This document shows positions 39,361-51,790 of a DNA stretch of 64,000 bases, piece after piece. A program made the position numbers and the translations under genes. Each line of letters begins with the position of its first letter. The first letter of the stretch is position 1. The notes below the pieces were generated by a model. It made no database searches and had not been told where the DNA came from. It was given only the letters and a program-made list of their open reading frames with translations. Source of the DNA: Lama glama (lineage: Eukaryota); NCBI GenBank assembly GCA_028534125.1, contig CM052817.1, forward strand, positions 8,930,001-8,994,000. Reading direction: 5' to 3'.

Positions 39361-39979
39361 TGTGACTTAGGTGCCAGTGTCTACTGAAGTCTTTTGAATA
39401 AGTGAGCCTCGCCATAACTGAACCCACATCCCGTGAGAAATCCTTCACAAGAGTTCTGGGAAATCCTGAGACTTTGCTTCTCTCCCTTCAGCTTTCATTT
39501 CTATCTCCTAAACTCTGAACCTTTACTCTATGTCTTGTGGTTTGTTCTTTATTTCTGCTCCAGTGGAAATCCAAATCCAAAATTGTTATTCCCTTAGAGG
39601 ATTCACACTGAAATAGCATAGAAAAATGCATTTATATTTAATATGTAAATTTCCTGATTTTTTAAATGCACTTTTCTATTTCTAGCAAGTCTGGTTTCAC
39701 TTCACTATGTTTCTCAGCTCTCTGACTCTCATTTTCCCCAACCTCCTTTCTCCTCTGAGCTCTTCTCACACATTTTCTTTTTTCCTTCTTTACATGTGAA
39801 TAATTATATACACAAATGTAGTTAACACAAATATATATATCAGAAATATATATACACATGTATGTCTACTGTATATGTGTATATATACATGTATACATAT
39901 AGATTTATATTAAAAATAAAGAATTTTTAAAAAGTAAAAGGAGCAAGTTATCCTATAATCTTCCTACCTAGAAACTTTA

Positions 39980-40230
39980 ATGTTAGTGATTAAAAACTGT
40001 CTGGGTTAGAATTCTAAATTTACCACTTAATATCTATGTTGGTTTGAGCAATTCACCAGACCCCACTATGCCTCTGTTCTGTCATCTCTGCAGTGGAGAA
40101 TGATACTTAGCTTAATAACGTTGTGACATTAAATGAAGTATTACATATACAATGCTTAGGAAAATTCCTGCACAGCAAGCATTAGTAAGTGCTAGCTTCT
40201 CTTACTGTTATTTTTATTGTTATCATTATT
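39980..40230 (+). mobile_element. MIR
   Basis: ctgtctgggttagaattct...accacttaatatctatg...ttgagcaatt...ttaaatgaag...aatgcttagg. Confidence 0.7.
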
Positions 40231-40559
40231 GTTAGATAACATAGTCCTAGATATCGATTTATGCATTAATATAATGAAAGGGATAAAGACATAAAGTCAC
40301 ATAAGAAAAATAATCATTTTGATAAATGCTATTTATTAATTTTTAAATGTTTATATTAAACTTACTTTTGATAAATAAGTGAAACTGAAGAAAATGTTGA
40401 ATGTCAGATAAGAATGCTTTCACAAAAAGAAATATTAGTTGCTAAAAAATCCCTTTACAGTTAAGAAAAATAGACTGTGAAAAAATTTATTGTAAGTTTG
40501 AATTCATTAACTCTTTTAACTTCATGCTTCAATTTCAGAAAGTCTCAATTTATTCTATA

Positions 40560-41420
40560 CTATGAAATATGTCAAATCAGGTGGTGAGTCTAGCCAACCT
40601 ACAGTTACTCCACCTTATTCTTTCTCCACTTCTAATCTTTGTATGGCATATTATTATTTTTATATTATCAAGGTTTATAATATTCACATTCTGCATGCAT
40701 ATATGGTTACCTAAGTCTTAGCTATATATTAAGGAAATTTAATATTCACCACAGAACTTAAAACACAGGGTTTTTTAATTTTTAAATTCTATGTGTTCTA
40801 CCTTAATGATTTTGTTTGTTTTGTTGTAAGAAAGACCCATGGTTATTGTATTTCTTGAATATTTGTACTTAACACTACTATAATCTCTATTCATGCTGCT
40901 AGAACTATGTAGGAATTCATCCATTATCTTTTGATATTGATTATTTTCATCAAGAATTAGAAGTCAAGGCTCCTTATTCTCCTTTTAGATGATGGTTCAT
41001 TGTTTTCTTCTGTCAAGATATTTGAAGCATTCTTTCTTTATCTCTGGCAAACAAGCAATAACTCCATTGGAATGTGCCCCAATATCAATCAATCAGAATT
41101 TTATTTTCTAGCTACATATTTATTTCTCTATTGCTTTCAAGAAATTTTTTTGTATTATCTTTTAGCATCTTTTGTTTTATTTGTTGAATTCACTATGTAA
41201 GGATATCTTTTATTTTTATGTTTTCTGCCTTCCACAGGTATCATCTCCTTTTTATTTGCTTAATTTCTTAATATTTTTTCTTTATGTTCATCGTGATTAT
41301 CCCAAGACTTTGTTCTGTGACATACACTCAGTTTTCGCCATTCTATTTTATTTTTTGCTGCTTCTAATTTGTGTATTAGTTCTGCAACATCTTCTCTTGT
41401 AGCTAATACATGTGTTATCT
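40560..41420 (-). mobile_element. HAL1-like remnant, antisense
   Basis: T-rich; tatttatattatcaagg...ttcatccattatcttttg...aagtcaaggct...; broadly mirrors the composition of 29.4-30.7 kb. Confidence 0.45.
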
Positions 41421-41649
41421 TTCTTTCTGAGTTTCTCTTTCTTATTGCACTCATCCACACCAATCCACTTTCATACTGAAACTGGATGAGTCTGTCCCAG
41501 GTTGTCATCATCCACCTTTCTAACCATTGGCTAAAAAAAATCTTCAGGGACACCCTTACTCTTTCTCTAACTTTCTGAGACTTTAGAAAATCTCTATCCT
41601 CAGTCTCAACATTGTCTCCTTTGTTTATATGGATTCCGTGCTTTCATGA

Positions 41650-41870
41650 TAATGATGATGACGACAAAGACAATGAGAATGGATTGCTATGTGCCAAGAG
41701 CAGTTGTAAGTGCTTTTTAATTATTGCCTAATTTAATCTTTGTAACAACTCTATAAGGAAGATGTGAGTACTATTATTATGTTTATTTTGCAGATGAGCA
41801 AATGAAGGCACAGAGCTTCATTAAGCTTCATTAATTAAGGAAATTGCCCAAAGTTAGACAGCAATTTAAA
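41650..41870 (-). mobile_element. MIR
   Basis: ctatgtgccaag...taagtgcttt...tttaatctttgtaacaactctataagg...attttgcagatgagcaaatgaaggcacagag. Confidence 0.7.
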
Positions 41871-41872
41871 AG

Positions 41873-42097
41873 TGGAGTTTGAGATTTGCTGATACTAATA
41901 TATATAAAACAGATAAACAAGAAGTCTACACTGTATAACACAGAGAACTATATTCAATATCTTGTAGTAACTTATTGTGAAAAAGAATATGAAAATGAAT
42001 AGATGTATGTTCCTATATGACTGAAGCATTGTGCTGTACACCAGAAATTAGCACAACATTGTAAACTAACTATACTTCAATAAATTTTTTTTAAAAA
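41873..42097 (+). mobile_element. Camelid-type L1 3' end, 5'-truncated
   Basis: ggagtttgagatttgc...aactatattcaatatcttgtag...ctgtacaccagaaatt...ctatacttcaataaa. Confidence 0.85.
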
Positions 42098-42249
42098 CAG
42101 CAAAGTGTTTTTTTCAATCTCTTAGAATTGGTGTGTTCCAATTTTGAACTCTTAGAGAGTAAAAGAAAGCCACCTGCCTAACAGAAAGAAGCTCTCTCAT
42201 CTGCTGTGCCTGGGTTGCAAATTTATTTAATATAATTCACTTGACAATG

Positions 42250-42715
42250 GTAATCCAAGCCATTTTCTGCTTGAATGTCATAGACCCTGGTCTCCCTGCA
42301 TCCAACCTAATTCCCTACTAATCCTTTCTGCATGTGATTGTCAATGTGGCTTCTTCGGAACATAGACTTGAGCGTGCCACTCTTCAAGAGTCTCACTGAT
42401 TTCAGTATAAGCTTCAAACTCTTGAATATGACTTACATGATTTTCCATGACCTGGCCCTTATCTGTCTCTCTGGCCTTACTTCCAGCGGCAACTGTCCTG
42501 AATTTTTGCTGCAGGTAAATAAACTCTATTCCATCTTCCCGATTCTCTATGAGCTCTTGAATGTTTGCCTTTTTCCCGTATCCCCTGTTCCTGCTCTTCT
42601 GCTTTGAGTAAATCCCATTTGTCTTGTATACCTCAGCTATATTTTTTTTTCATAGAACTTTCTCTGACCCTATACAGAGGTATGTATGAATGAATGAATG
42701 AGTGAATGAATGAAT
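42250..42715 (+). mobile_element. L2 3' region ending in (TGAA)n
   Basis: caaactcttgaatatgacttaca...ccatgacctggccct...tgaatgaatgaatgagtgaatgaatgaat. Confidence 0.65.
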
Positions 42716-43599
42716 ATCATTATAGAGTAAGAACTTAGAAGGTACCGTAAATGAGGAAGGTCACTTTAAAAAATAAATTTGGTTAAGGGACAAAGTGTGC
42801 TTGGAAATATTTCTATGCCTTCGAAAGACACTGAGTATTACTTGCTTTTGAGTCCATTGTGGACTCCCCGGGGAGACAGATGACATATTACTCATGCCAT
42901 GTACTCTGTGACTAGAAGCACACTTCACCCTGGAGATGATAAGACATTTTCATTTCCTTAATTGCCAATGAGTGCCCGCTGTCCACTGAAAATTAACAAA
43001 ATAATCACACCATCAACTGGATGCTACCCCTGTCTTTTCAAAAGGAGAGGAGGATTCGCACTAATTTTTTAGAAAGGCACTCATTGCATAAAGTGAGGCC
43101 TGCCTGTATGCTTCTGTTAAAGGTTGACTGAGTCATTTTCTGTTTTTAAGCTTCAACTTCTATCAAAGGCCAACACTCTTCCTGTGGTTTGGAGTATGAT
43201 ATGTTTGCTACTGAAGTCTTGCTTAAAGCAGGCAATGATGAGGTTTCATTCCATTCCAAATAGCATGTGATTTACGAAGCCCATGGTACTATAACAACGT
43301 GAATATATATTATCACATCTCTTGGAGGAAACTCTGTATCCCAGCTTGATAACAAAGACACTGGAAATTCAACTAATTTTTGATTCTCCTATACACAGGA
43401 GCCTCTCAGAGACAGAAAACAAAAGGCCTAGAAGCTGAAGCCTCCAAAGTCAGCCACACAACAATCCACAGAAATGATGAATGAGCTGTCAAGGAGAGGA
43501 ATAAACAGTAACACTGCCATCACATTCAATACTTTATTTTGATCAAATAAATGTCATTATATAGATCCTTCATTTGAGAATCATTGAGTTGGAAAGGAT

Positions 43600-43850
43600 C
43601 TTGAGATGTTATTAATAAGAGTAACTAATATTCACTTAGGATTATCTGGGAGCTTGGAAACGTATATGGGTTATCATATACAGTTCTCACAACTACCCTG
43701 TGAGATACTTAAATTGATCTCAGTGTTAGAGACATTGTCACTGATGCAAAGAGAAATAACTTGCTCAGAATCTCCTAACTATAAAACAGCAGAACAAGGA
43801 TTTAAACCCAGACACGTATAGTTTCAGAACCAGGGCTGTACACTAAAGGT
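43600..43850 (-). mobile_element. MIR
   Basis: ttctcacaactaccctgtgagata...taacttgctcag...gcagaacaaggatttaaacccagac. Confidence 0.6.
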
Positions 43851-44252
43851 AACCCTTTCACCTCAGAGATGAAGACAACAATGTAAGCGTAATTACAATT
43901 TGCTGAGTTCTTAACGGTAGTCTCTATATAAACAGCATGCATCCATTATGTTGTTCACCTTCCAAAATAACACTATAAATGTAAACTTAAACACCTGGGA
44001 GGGGAATAATTATGAAAAGTAAAGACAATTAAATCCAAAGAATCTCAGAAATATTTAAAGTTGGTGTTACCATGTTCTTTGGGAATAAAAAATTCCCTGC
44101 TCTCGAAAGAGACCAGAATTTATTCTTTGGAAAAATGAAAACAAGAGAGGTTCTGAGTGCAGAGTCACCTTGTCCAATAGAGGCTGAAATACTGAAAATG
44201 TGGATTCAGTGGAAGTCTGCGTAATGAATGGGACAAACCCAAGTGGCAGTCT

Positions 44253-44683
44253 TTTTTAAAACTTTATTTTTGTTGAGATATAATTGACATAAAATATTGT
44301 GTAAGTTTAAGGTGTACAAATGTGTTGATCTGATATATCCATACACTGCAGAATGATCACCACTACCGCATGAATTAATACCTCAGTCACATCACGTAAT
44401 TATCATTTCATTTTCATGGTGGGGAGAATTAAGATCTAGTCTCTTAGCAACTTTGAAGTTTCTAATATGTTCATTGTCTGTAATGACTAGGCAGCACATT
44501 AGATCTCCAGGACTTATTTCTCTACTAGTTGCAAGTTTGTACATTTAAACAACATATCCACAATTTCCACACCCCTGTCCCAGCCCCTGGTAACCACCAT
44601 TCTATGTACTCTCTGATTTTACAAGTTGACCTTTTCTAGATTCTACTTACAAATGATATCATGCAGTAATTTCCCTTCTCTTT
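44253..44683 (-). mobile_element. L1MA9-like 3' end
   Basis: ttgagatataattgacata...gtttaaggtgtaca...taagatctagtctcttagcaacttt...cagcccctggtaaccaccattct. Confidence 0.85.
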
Positions 44684-44759
44684 AAGAAAAATTCCCATCT
44701 CTCTAAGATATTCACAGTGAGCATTTAATACATCACCTGATGCATAATAAGCTCATTAA

Positions 44760-45520
44760 TGCTCACGCTGTTGTTGCTGTAGTTTCTGTGGTTGGCATGC
44801 TCTCTTTATAACTGAACTTCAAAATGACATCCTTGGTACTATTTGTATGGCACTGGGCCTTTTACAGATAATTTTCATATGTACTTTTATTTGCATTGAA
44901 AACCTGCTTCTGCCTTTTACACATCCAGGCTTACATACCTCATTTAACCCTTGGATCACTTTGTGTCTTATGTTAGATTTGGATCCTATAATACTTAGAA
45001 AGTTTCAACTGTCATGTTTCTTAGGCTTGGTGTTTCCATCTTTCTCTCCTTCTTTTTCCATATGCAGCAGAATTCTGAAAGATGACGCCGTGAAGGATAG
45101 CAGATGTCATTTGTGTGTGCTGGCTCTGCTCACACACACAGCACCTATGTACATTATCTCAGACACTCTTACAGTAACACTTGGTGTGGTGGTCTTTATT
45201 ACGACTTGGGGATATGGAATTTGGGGTGTAAACAGGTTAAGTGGCTTTTCCACTCTTACAGATCTGGACTGTGGTGGGGCCAGGACCCACACCCACTTCC
45301 ATGTGCTTCCACAATGCACAGACTCAGTTATCACAACACACAGCCCACTTCTGAGTCACTGTGACCTGAAATCCTGGTGGGTTTGGATCTTCTAGGTTTC
45401 ATCCAGGAGCTGCCAAGTCCATTTATGGATGATTCCCATAACAGCCCCATCCTTTTACCAAGGACATTCTTAGGTGGGGGCTCTAGGAATACTCCTTCCA
45501 TCTTTAAGCACAAACCTGGC
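44760..45520 (+). pseudogene. Possible highly decayed, intronless TLC-domain (TLCD5/TMEM136-like) retrocopy - tentative
   Basis: 211-codon stop-free frame containing CSFCGWHALFIT and PFTHPG-x10-LCLML, collinear with my recollection of TLCD5 (CSLCGWLSLYIS; PFTHPG-x10-LCLTL); downstream matches need frameshifts and insertions. Confidence 0.3.
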
Positions 45521-46621
45521 GAACCGTTCTAGGTCATCGTCTGGGCAGAAGATGTTTTGTTTGGTTCATTGCAAAGTGGTATCCTTTTCCCAGATAAATC
45601 TATATTCCCTTTGATTAATTTAATGTCTTCTAATTCAGACTCAATGTCTGGTATTGTTTGGTTATATGCTAGGCTTTTGTGATGATCACAAATTATCAGC
45701 AGGGACGCCAAACTCTCTGTTGAGTCTTGATCCACAATACTCATGTCAGTCAAACCCTCAAATTTTTCAGAAGATTTTCTTTTATAAGGACATAGATACT
45801 CAATCTCTTTATAGTTTTAAGGCTACTGAAGAAAACTGGAACATTGGGGTAGCATCAATCCCTGTATTCTGACCTGATGTTGTTTTTCTTACAATTCACC
45901 TCAGTAAAGAAAATTGACAAGAAGAAAATTCTGAATCGTATTTCTGTTTCTAGTATGATTTTGCTAGTGATTAAGGTTTCTCAGCTCGCAAAATGGCCAA
46001 TGGCATTGGTAACCATTTTAAAGTACACTGACTGCCATTTTGACTGGCTTTCCTCCTAGAGAATTTTGATTTTAAATGATCAATTGTTATGACAATTAAC
46101 ACACGTGTGCTATTATATCTTACAGTAAAGGAACTACCATCAGCATCCATCTGACAGCTTAGCACCTTTCTTCCTCTCTCTTGTTGTTGTGAACTTCTCT
46201 CTCGTTCCCCTTTCATACAAGAACATCCAATGATATTTGCCATGGGGAGAGGGGGTTATAATAAAATTGAAATTTAAATACAGGCACAAGAAAAGAGCAG
46301 ACGGGGGGGATTTGGGGGAGTTGTCACTGTTTTGAACACTTGTGTTAATTCAACATGTGACATAACTTAGTCCTCACATTGATATCAATTCTATTAATCT
46401 CTATTAGCATCTCTCTTTCAAGCCATCAATCCCTCCCATATGCAAATAAGCACCAAGTGAAACCTGAGATAAGGTTTAACTAACACAAATGCTGATCCTT
46501 ACTGGATGTGAACATCTGGGTGATTTAGCTGTATTTTCCTTTTGTACATTTTCTTTGGCATGAATATTTTCAATTAAAAAACACTTTATTTTCAAAGTTC
46601 TTATTCTTAAAATAAATAATA

Positions 46622-47008
46622 ATCTGGGATTTCCAGAAGCAGACCCTAAGACAGTTTAGGGTGAGGGGAGTGTCCACAGGAACAACACCTGCAGAGCTGG
46701 CAGGGAAAACAGAACCAGGTGGAGTAAGCATGTAAATTGCATTTAGACCAGAGAGCCTCGCAGACCCATGAGAAAGTCTGGAGCTGAAATGACCCATCAG
46801 ATTGTCTCACATGTGGCTAAAATGGCCAGCCCTTTTTATCCCTGCCCATCAGTTGGTCAGCCCCTGGAAGTTGTGTGATCTTTTGAGAGGTGGATCTCTG
46901 CAGCTGATGCCATCCTTGTAGGGACTGACAGCTGAAGACCAACCATAGTCAGCATCCTTGCAGCTAGTGTGTAACAAGTCCTTCCTTAAAGGGTGACCTG
47001 GGTATCAC
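46622..47008 (-). mobile_element. LTR16-family (ERVL) LTR
   Basis: gggatttccagaagcagaccctaagaca...gtctggagctgaaatgacccatcaga...ctctgcagctga. Confidence 0.6.
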
Positions 47009-47196
47009 CAGAGCCTGCTTTACTGGCTTTTGATCACTGCAGTCTCTCATGCAGTCTCTCAGGACCCTGTGCTTGGTGGAGCCTACGTTTGGTTCAAAGT
47101 TCTGCTGTTGCTTTCCTGAAATTCTTAGTAATTTTAAAATGAGTCCCTGCATTTTAAACTTTGCACTAGGCACTGTACCTCATGTAGCCAGTCCTG
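47009..47196 (+). mobile_element. MER45A (hAT-Tip100)
   Basis: cagagcctgcttta...tctgctgttgc...tgaaattcttagtaatttt...ctgcatttt...tttgcactagg...atgtagccagtcctg. Confidence 0.8.
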
Positions 47197-48679
47197 GGGG
47201 GTGTATGTCTGTGTCACTGCAGTTCCTGCTCCGTGAGATTCTGATATAACCTGATGGAGGGGACTGGCCATGGAAGATGCACTTCCAGAGTGAAATAGGT
47301 TCAGTGCGTGTTGCCCCACCGCTGTGCTGATGCAGAATAAAAATCCTGAGATGCTCTCAAATGGAACTAGACTTCCACATAATTTAGCTAGTTAGGTCTG
47401 AGTAAATATAACTAGAGGTTACTCATTGAAATTAGGCAACTGAGTCAAAGTAAAGTATAATGAATTTTTCCTCTTTTTTTGACAGCAGTTTTTGGTACTT
47501 TTTTATGGGGGTAAGTATTGAGTAGATGCTGGGCTGATTTGTTTGTATCATCCCTTTCTCTCTTTTTTCTTTTTCCCTTAGCCTGTTGATAACAGAAGTA
47601 GAAATGAAATAGATGACTAGAACTGGAGGCTCTCCAACTTCAGCTTTTGTTTTATGAGTGAAGAAAATGAGGCCCCACAAGAACATTGTCCGAAGCCACA
47701 CAGCTGCTCAGGGACAACCCATGAACTAGAGCTCAATTCCCTCGATTTTAAATTGAGTGTTTTTTTTTTTTACTATATTTGAGATATAAATTTTTTTCAA
47801 TGTTGTATCACCAGTGATTCTGACATTAATTATGTGATGGGAGGCATTTCAGTCCATGCTTAATTTCTCAGTAGCTTGGAAATTTTCTAATAAATTGAAT
47901 CTAAGTTAAAACCTGTATACCAAAAGCGGGACAGTAGATCTGTGAGATGACTGTCCAAGCTGCAAATACTGTCATTTTCTCTGTTGAGTTAAGAGTTGTC
48001 AGTAGCTGTACCTGGTAAGTCTCATTCCAAATGGTTGCAGTGAGTTCACTTCACGATGCTACCTGTTCCTTTTTGTACAAGCAGAGTTGTCAAAACAGGA
48101 AGCTCGATTATAACAGGGCCACAAAGTCAGCCGAAGGCTGTATTTGCACATCTGGTAACTTTGAATACAGCATCCCCAGAGATGAGAACCATCATAAAAG
48201 TTTAGAGGGCAGAAGCTGATTTTGCCTTCATAGGCAAAATGTGTTGATGGAAGGCTGATGGTTTGAAACAAAGCCAAGAAGCAAAATTATGTCAAATATC
48301 ACTGCTAATGGGGTTGGTTGGAAACGAAGTATTCAGGCCAATGATTCTTTCCTGGAAGCTAAAATAAATCTGGAACAATAGAATGTGATCTTGGATACAG
48401 GCCAGAAGTGGTCACAGATCCTTGGGTAGCCAATAAGAAGTTACAATAAACTCTGTCTAACATTTCAAATCACCAGAATCCTAAATAACGTTAGTGCATT
48501 GTTTTCCTGGTGTATTAAACTTGAATTTTAGCCGTGCATTTTGCTTTGGCTCCTCCTGCAGCTACACCAGTTGCCTCCAGCTTCAATAGGGGAGGAAAAA
48601 AAATAAGGTAACTGTTACCTATGAGTAGCATTCTTGCAAACTCGGGAAGATTTAAGTTGATAAGTTAGGGTGGGTATTT

Positions 48680-49200
48680 CTTGGCTGCCTCTCCTGTGTT
48701 CTTTTCATTCTTTTACTTTTGGGAATTCCTGCCCACCCAATTTTAGCCAATACATTTAAGGTGGATTAGACCTACTTCCAGAAACAAGACTTCATTGGCC
48801 TGAACCAGTCAGCACATCCCCTGCCTCTGCTCACAGTGACTGTTTGAGACCTGGGTTTATAACCAGGTTAGAGCCTCTGACCAGCTGTGGCTTCTGCGAG
48901 GCAGCAGTTCTCTCCTCTCTTCTGGTCCTGGTATCCTGAATCCGGTATCTGAATCTGGTCCTGGTGGTGAAAAGATACAAGGCTTAGAGCCATTTTGCCA
49001 CTATTAGATGAGCCAGGCTGGTGATGTAATGTAATGTCATATAAAAGAAGGAAGATATGATAAAATCAGCACTGATGACCGAGCTTGAGGCATCCACATG
49101 AAGTCATATCTCTGCACTTTTTAGTTACTTGATCCTCTTTTTGGCTTAGCCAGTTTGAGTGTTGGTTTGTCCCTCATAGCATAAAAAGTGAAAGTCATTA
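48680..49200 (+). mobile_element. Old MLT1 LTR (MLT1J/K-like)
   Basis: cattggcctgaaccagtcagcacatccc...cacagtgactgttt...gagccattttgccac...ttggcttagccagtttgagt. Confidence 0.5.
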
Positions 49201-50729
49201 AATCATCCATCACACATCAGACCCTTTAAGTGGACCCAAGCTGCCCATCAAAGCATCCCACCAGGAAATGAGACCATCCTAGCCTCAGGACCTGACCCCA
49301 CCTCTAGATACTCGTCAGACTTTCTATCCACCCAGCCTTTCCATACCGCTGTCCTTTGTTCTGCCTCCCTGTATATTCCCTCTCCAATTCAATCCTCTTG
49401 ATTCTTGGCCACAGAGCTCAGTATTTACCCCGAGCACCCCCAGCTATGGCAGCTCACTGGGATTTGCCTCTCCAGAGCTACACTGAGAAATTTCCCTTGG
49501 GTACAAAGTTAATGTGGGCACTTTGATGCTGCACTACATTACTGGGAGTAAGAGCTCCCCACAACTTTCTTCTGCCCAATGAGACCTGAGAACTCTGTAT
49601 ACAGCTCTTCCCGAAACTCCATAAAGAAAAAAGAATTAAATCACATTGATAGATGTGTCCATGTGGTCACTAGACAGTCCTGGAAAGGATAGCTAAGGAG
49701 TGACATTTTTTAAAATGACTTTATTGTGGTATAATTTCTGTACAGTAAACTACACATTTTAGGCATACAATCTGATGACTTTTGATAGGTGTGTACACCT
49801 ATGAGTGACGTATTTCTTTGAAATAAAAAGAAATGATGAACAAGGTGGAAAGTTTATCTGGGAAGAAAAACAGAGATGGCTCTGTGGGTTTATTTTCAAT
49901 TGCATCATCTTTGAAAAAAAAAAAGAGATCTTCAGCTTAGGAATCCTGGCTATCATAAAGATAATAACTTCAAAATGCATGATACTTTACATTGTTTTGG
50001 GTGGTAGGTAGAAGCCTGAATTCTCTCTACCCCACTCTCTGGAAAACAAAAAATAAACCCTTAGTGAGACAGGCTAACCAACAAATGGGATTATCAGTAG
50101 GCTGCGCATTCTGTCCACTGACATGGAGCTGTTGCCTTAAAGAGCAGGGAGGGACTTCAGAGACAGAGCCACTGCCCCAACTTAACACACGAGGAAACAG
50201 AGGCTCAGAATCCTCCCTATACTTGCTTGAGGTCACACTGAGATTTCACTTAGTGCCGAATGGAGCTTGGCACCCTGACCTCTGCTCAGTGCTCCTGTCC
50301 CTTAAGCACTAAGTTATTAGTAGACAGTAATTATCTCTTTGCCAAAAACTGAGCACCTGCTTTCTGTAGGATACTACACTAGTCACTCTGCATGCAAACC
50401 ATTGGATCAATTCCATATTTAGGGGTCATATCAACTTGCTTCAATTTTTCTCCTCACATGAAGATAACTCATTGCATTATCGCCTAAAGGGGTTGCAATT
50501 ATAAATGTTTAAAAGGCAGAGATACAATATCAAGGGCTTCAGAGAACCCAAATACATCACTTGAGAAGGCACAAGATTATCTTTTAAGTCCTCCATGCTG
50601 AATAAACACTAATGTCTTACCCATAATCATAATTTACCTTTATGGATGGATATACTGCTATCAAAAGCTGTCTTTTTTCTCTCTCCTGAGCATTACTAAG
50701 GCTGATTTAGAAGCAATAGTGAGCATAAA

Positions 50730-51790
50730 GTTTATTGCCCAAACTTCTTAAGATCTTCAATAGATCCCATCTTGGAACTTCTTAGCTTACCAAGCTATAC
50801 TCTCAATATGTGTCATCATTTCAATTATCTTGTATATGAGTGATTCCCAAATGTGCATCTCCATCAAAATCCCTGCTCCTAGCTTCAGACACAAGTGTTT
50901 AAACATACGTCAGATTCATTGAGCTAGAAATCACCCTGAGGTATTCTTAAGAGTTCTAAACTCAACAGCTCCAAACCAGAACCCTCCATTTTCCTCCAAA
51001 GTTTACTCTTCTCTCCCTTACATAATTAGTGGTGTCTAGTTGCTTAAGCTAGAAATAATATGTTCATTTCCAGTTTCTCCCAGTCCCTTGCACCTAAACC
51101 CAGTTGGTTACTAAGGCTTATCAATATTTTCTTAATTGCGTAACTAAGTCACTTCTTCATTTTAGTTTTTACTGCCCCACTTGAGCTTCTATTGCTTCCT
51201 AACTGGACTTCCATTTGACTGCCCTCCAGTTCATCCACAACTTTACCACCAGAATTATAGTTCTTCTAAATAAAATAATCATGTTTCTTCTCTACCCAAA
51301 AACATTTCAACACTTAAGCATCACCTAACAGATAAAGTTAAAATTCCTAAATCTGATAATTTAGATTATCTACAATCGGACTCCAACGTACATCCTTACG
51401 ACATCTGTCACTCCTCTTAAAGTACATAACCTGACAAAACCAAGCTACCAGCCATTGTCATAAAGTGGCACAGACCTTCCTGGTTATCTCTGCCTGACTC
51501 TTCTTCCCCAGTTCCTTATCTACCCAAATTTTATCCACTGATGTCCATCAAATTCCACAACTGAATGGCACCTCTTCCATCAAAGCTTTCCTCACCATCC
51601 TTCCAAATGGAAATAAGCCCAGTTGCTATTTCAATACAATAGCTCTTTCTTCACATCTCTACTATAGCTTTCTTCGCATTATGCTATCATTCATTGCACA
51701 CCTGTTAACCCTTTTAATTAATCCTCTTTAGTACTCCTAATGTCTACATGTTGTCCTGCATAGGGAGATTCCATAATTGCTAAAAGAAGG
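50730..51790 (+). mobile_element. L2 (long 3' fragment)
   Basis: tgattcccaaatgtgcatctcc...tctaaactcaacagctccaaaccagaac...tagttgcttaagctagaaa...ccaccagaatt...agataaagttaaaattcct. Confidence 0.7.

Noticed and set aside
42966..43086. 11-bp inverted repeat caatgagtgcc / ggcactcattg
   Set aside because: About the number expected by chance at this length and spacing.
37075..45654. Shared 13-mer caatgtctggtat at 37075-37087 and 45642-45654
   Set aside because: Many 13-mer pairs are expected by chance in 64 kb, and there is no extended similarity.
44760..45816. Scattered resemblances to bornavirus N (PGLH, VLALLT) and G (IEYL, QT.T....PGL, KPRR)
   Set aside because: Spacing between the motifs disagrees strongly with the viral proteins as I recall them, so these look like chance matches; not called an endogenous bornavirus element.
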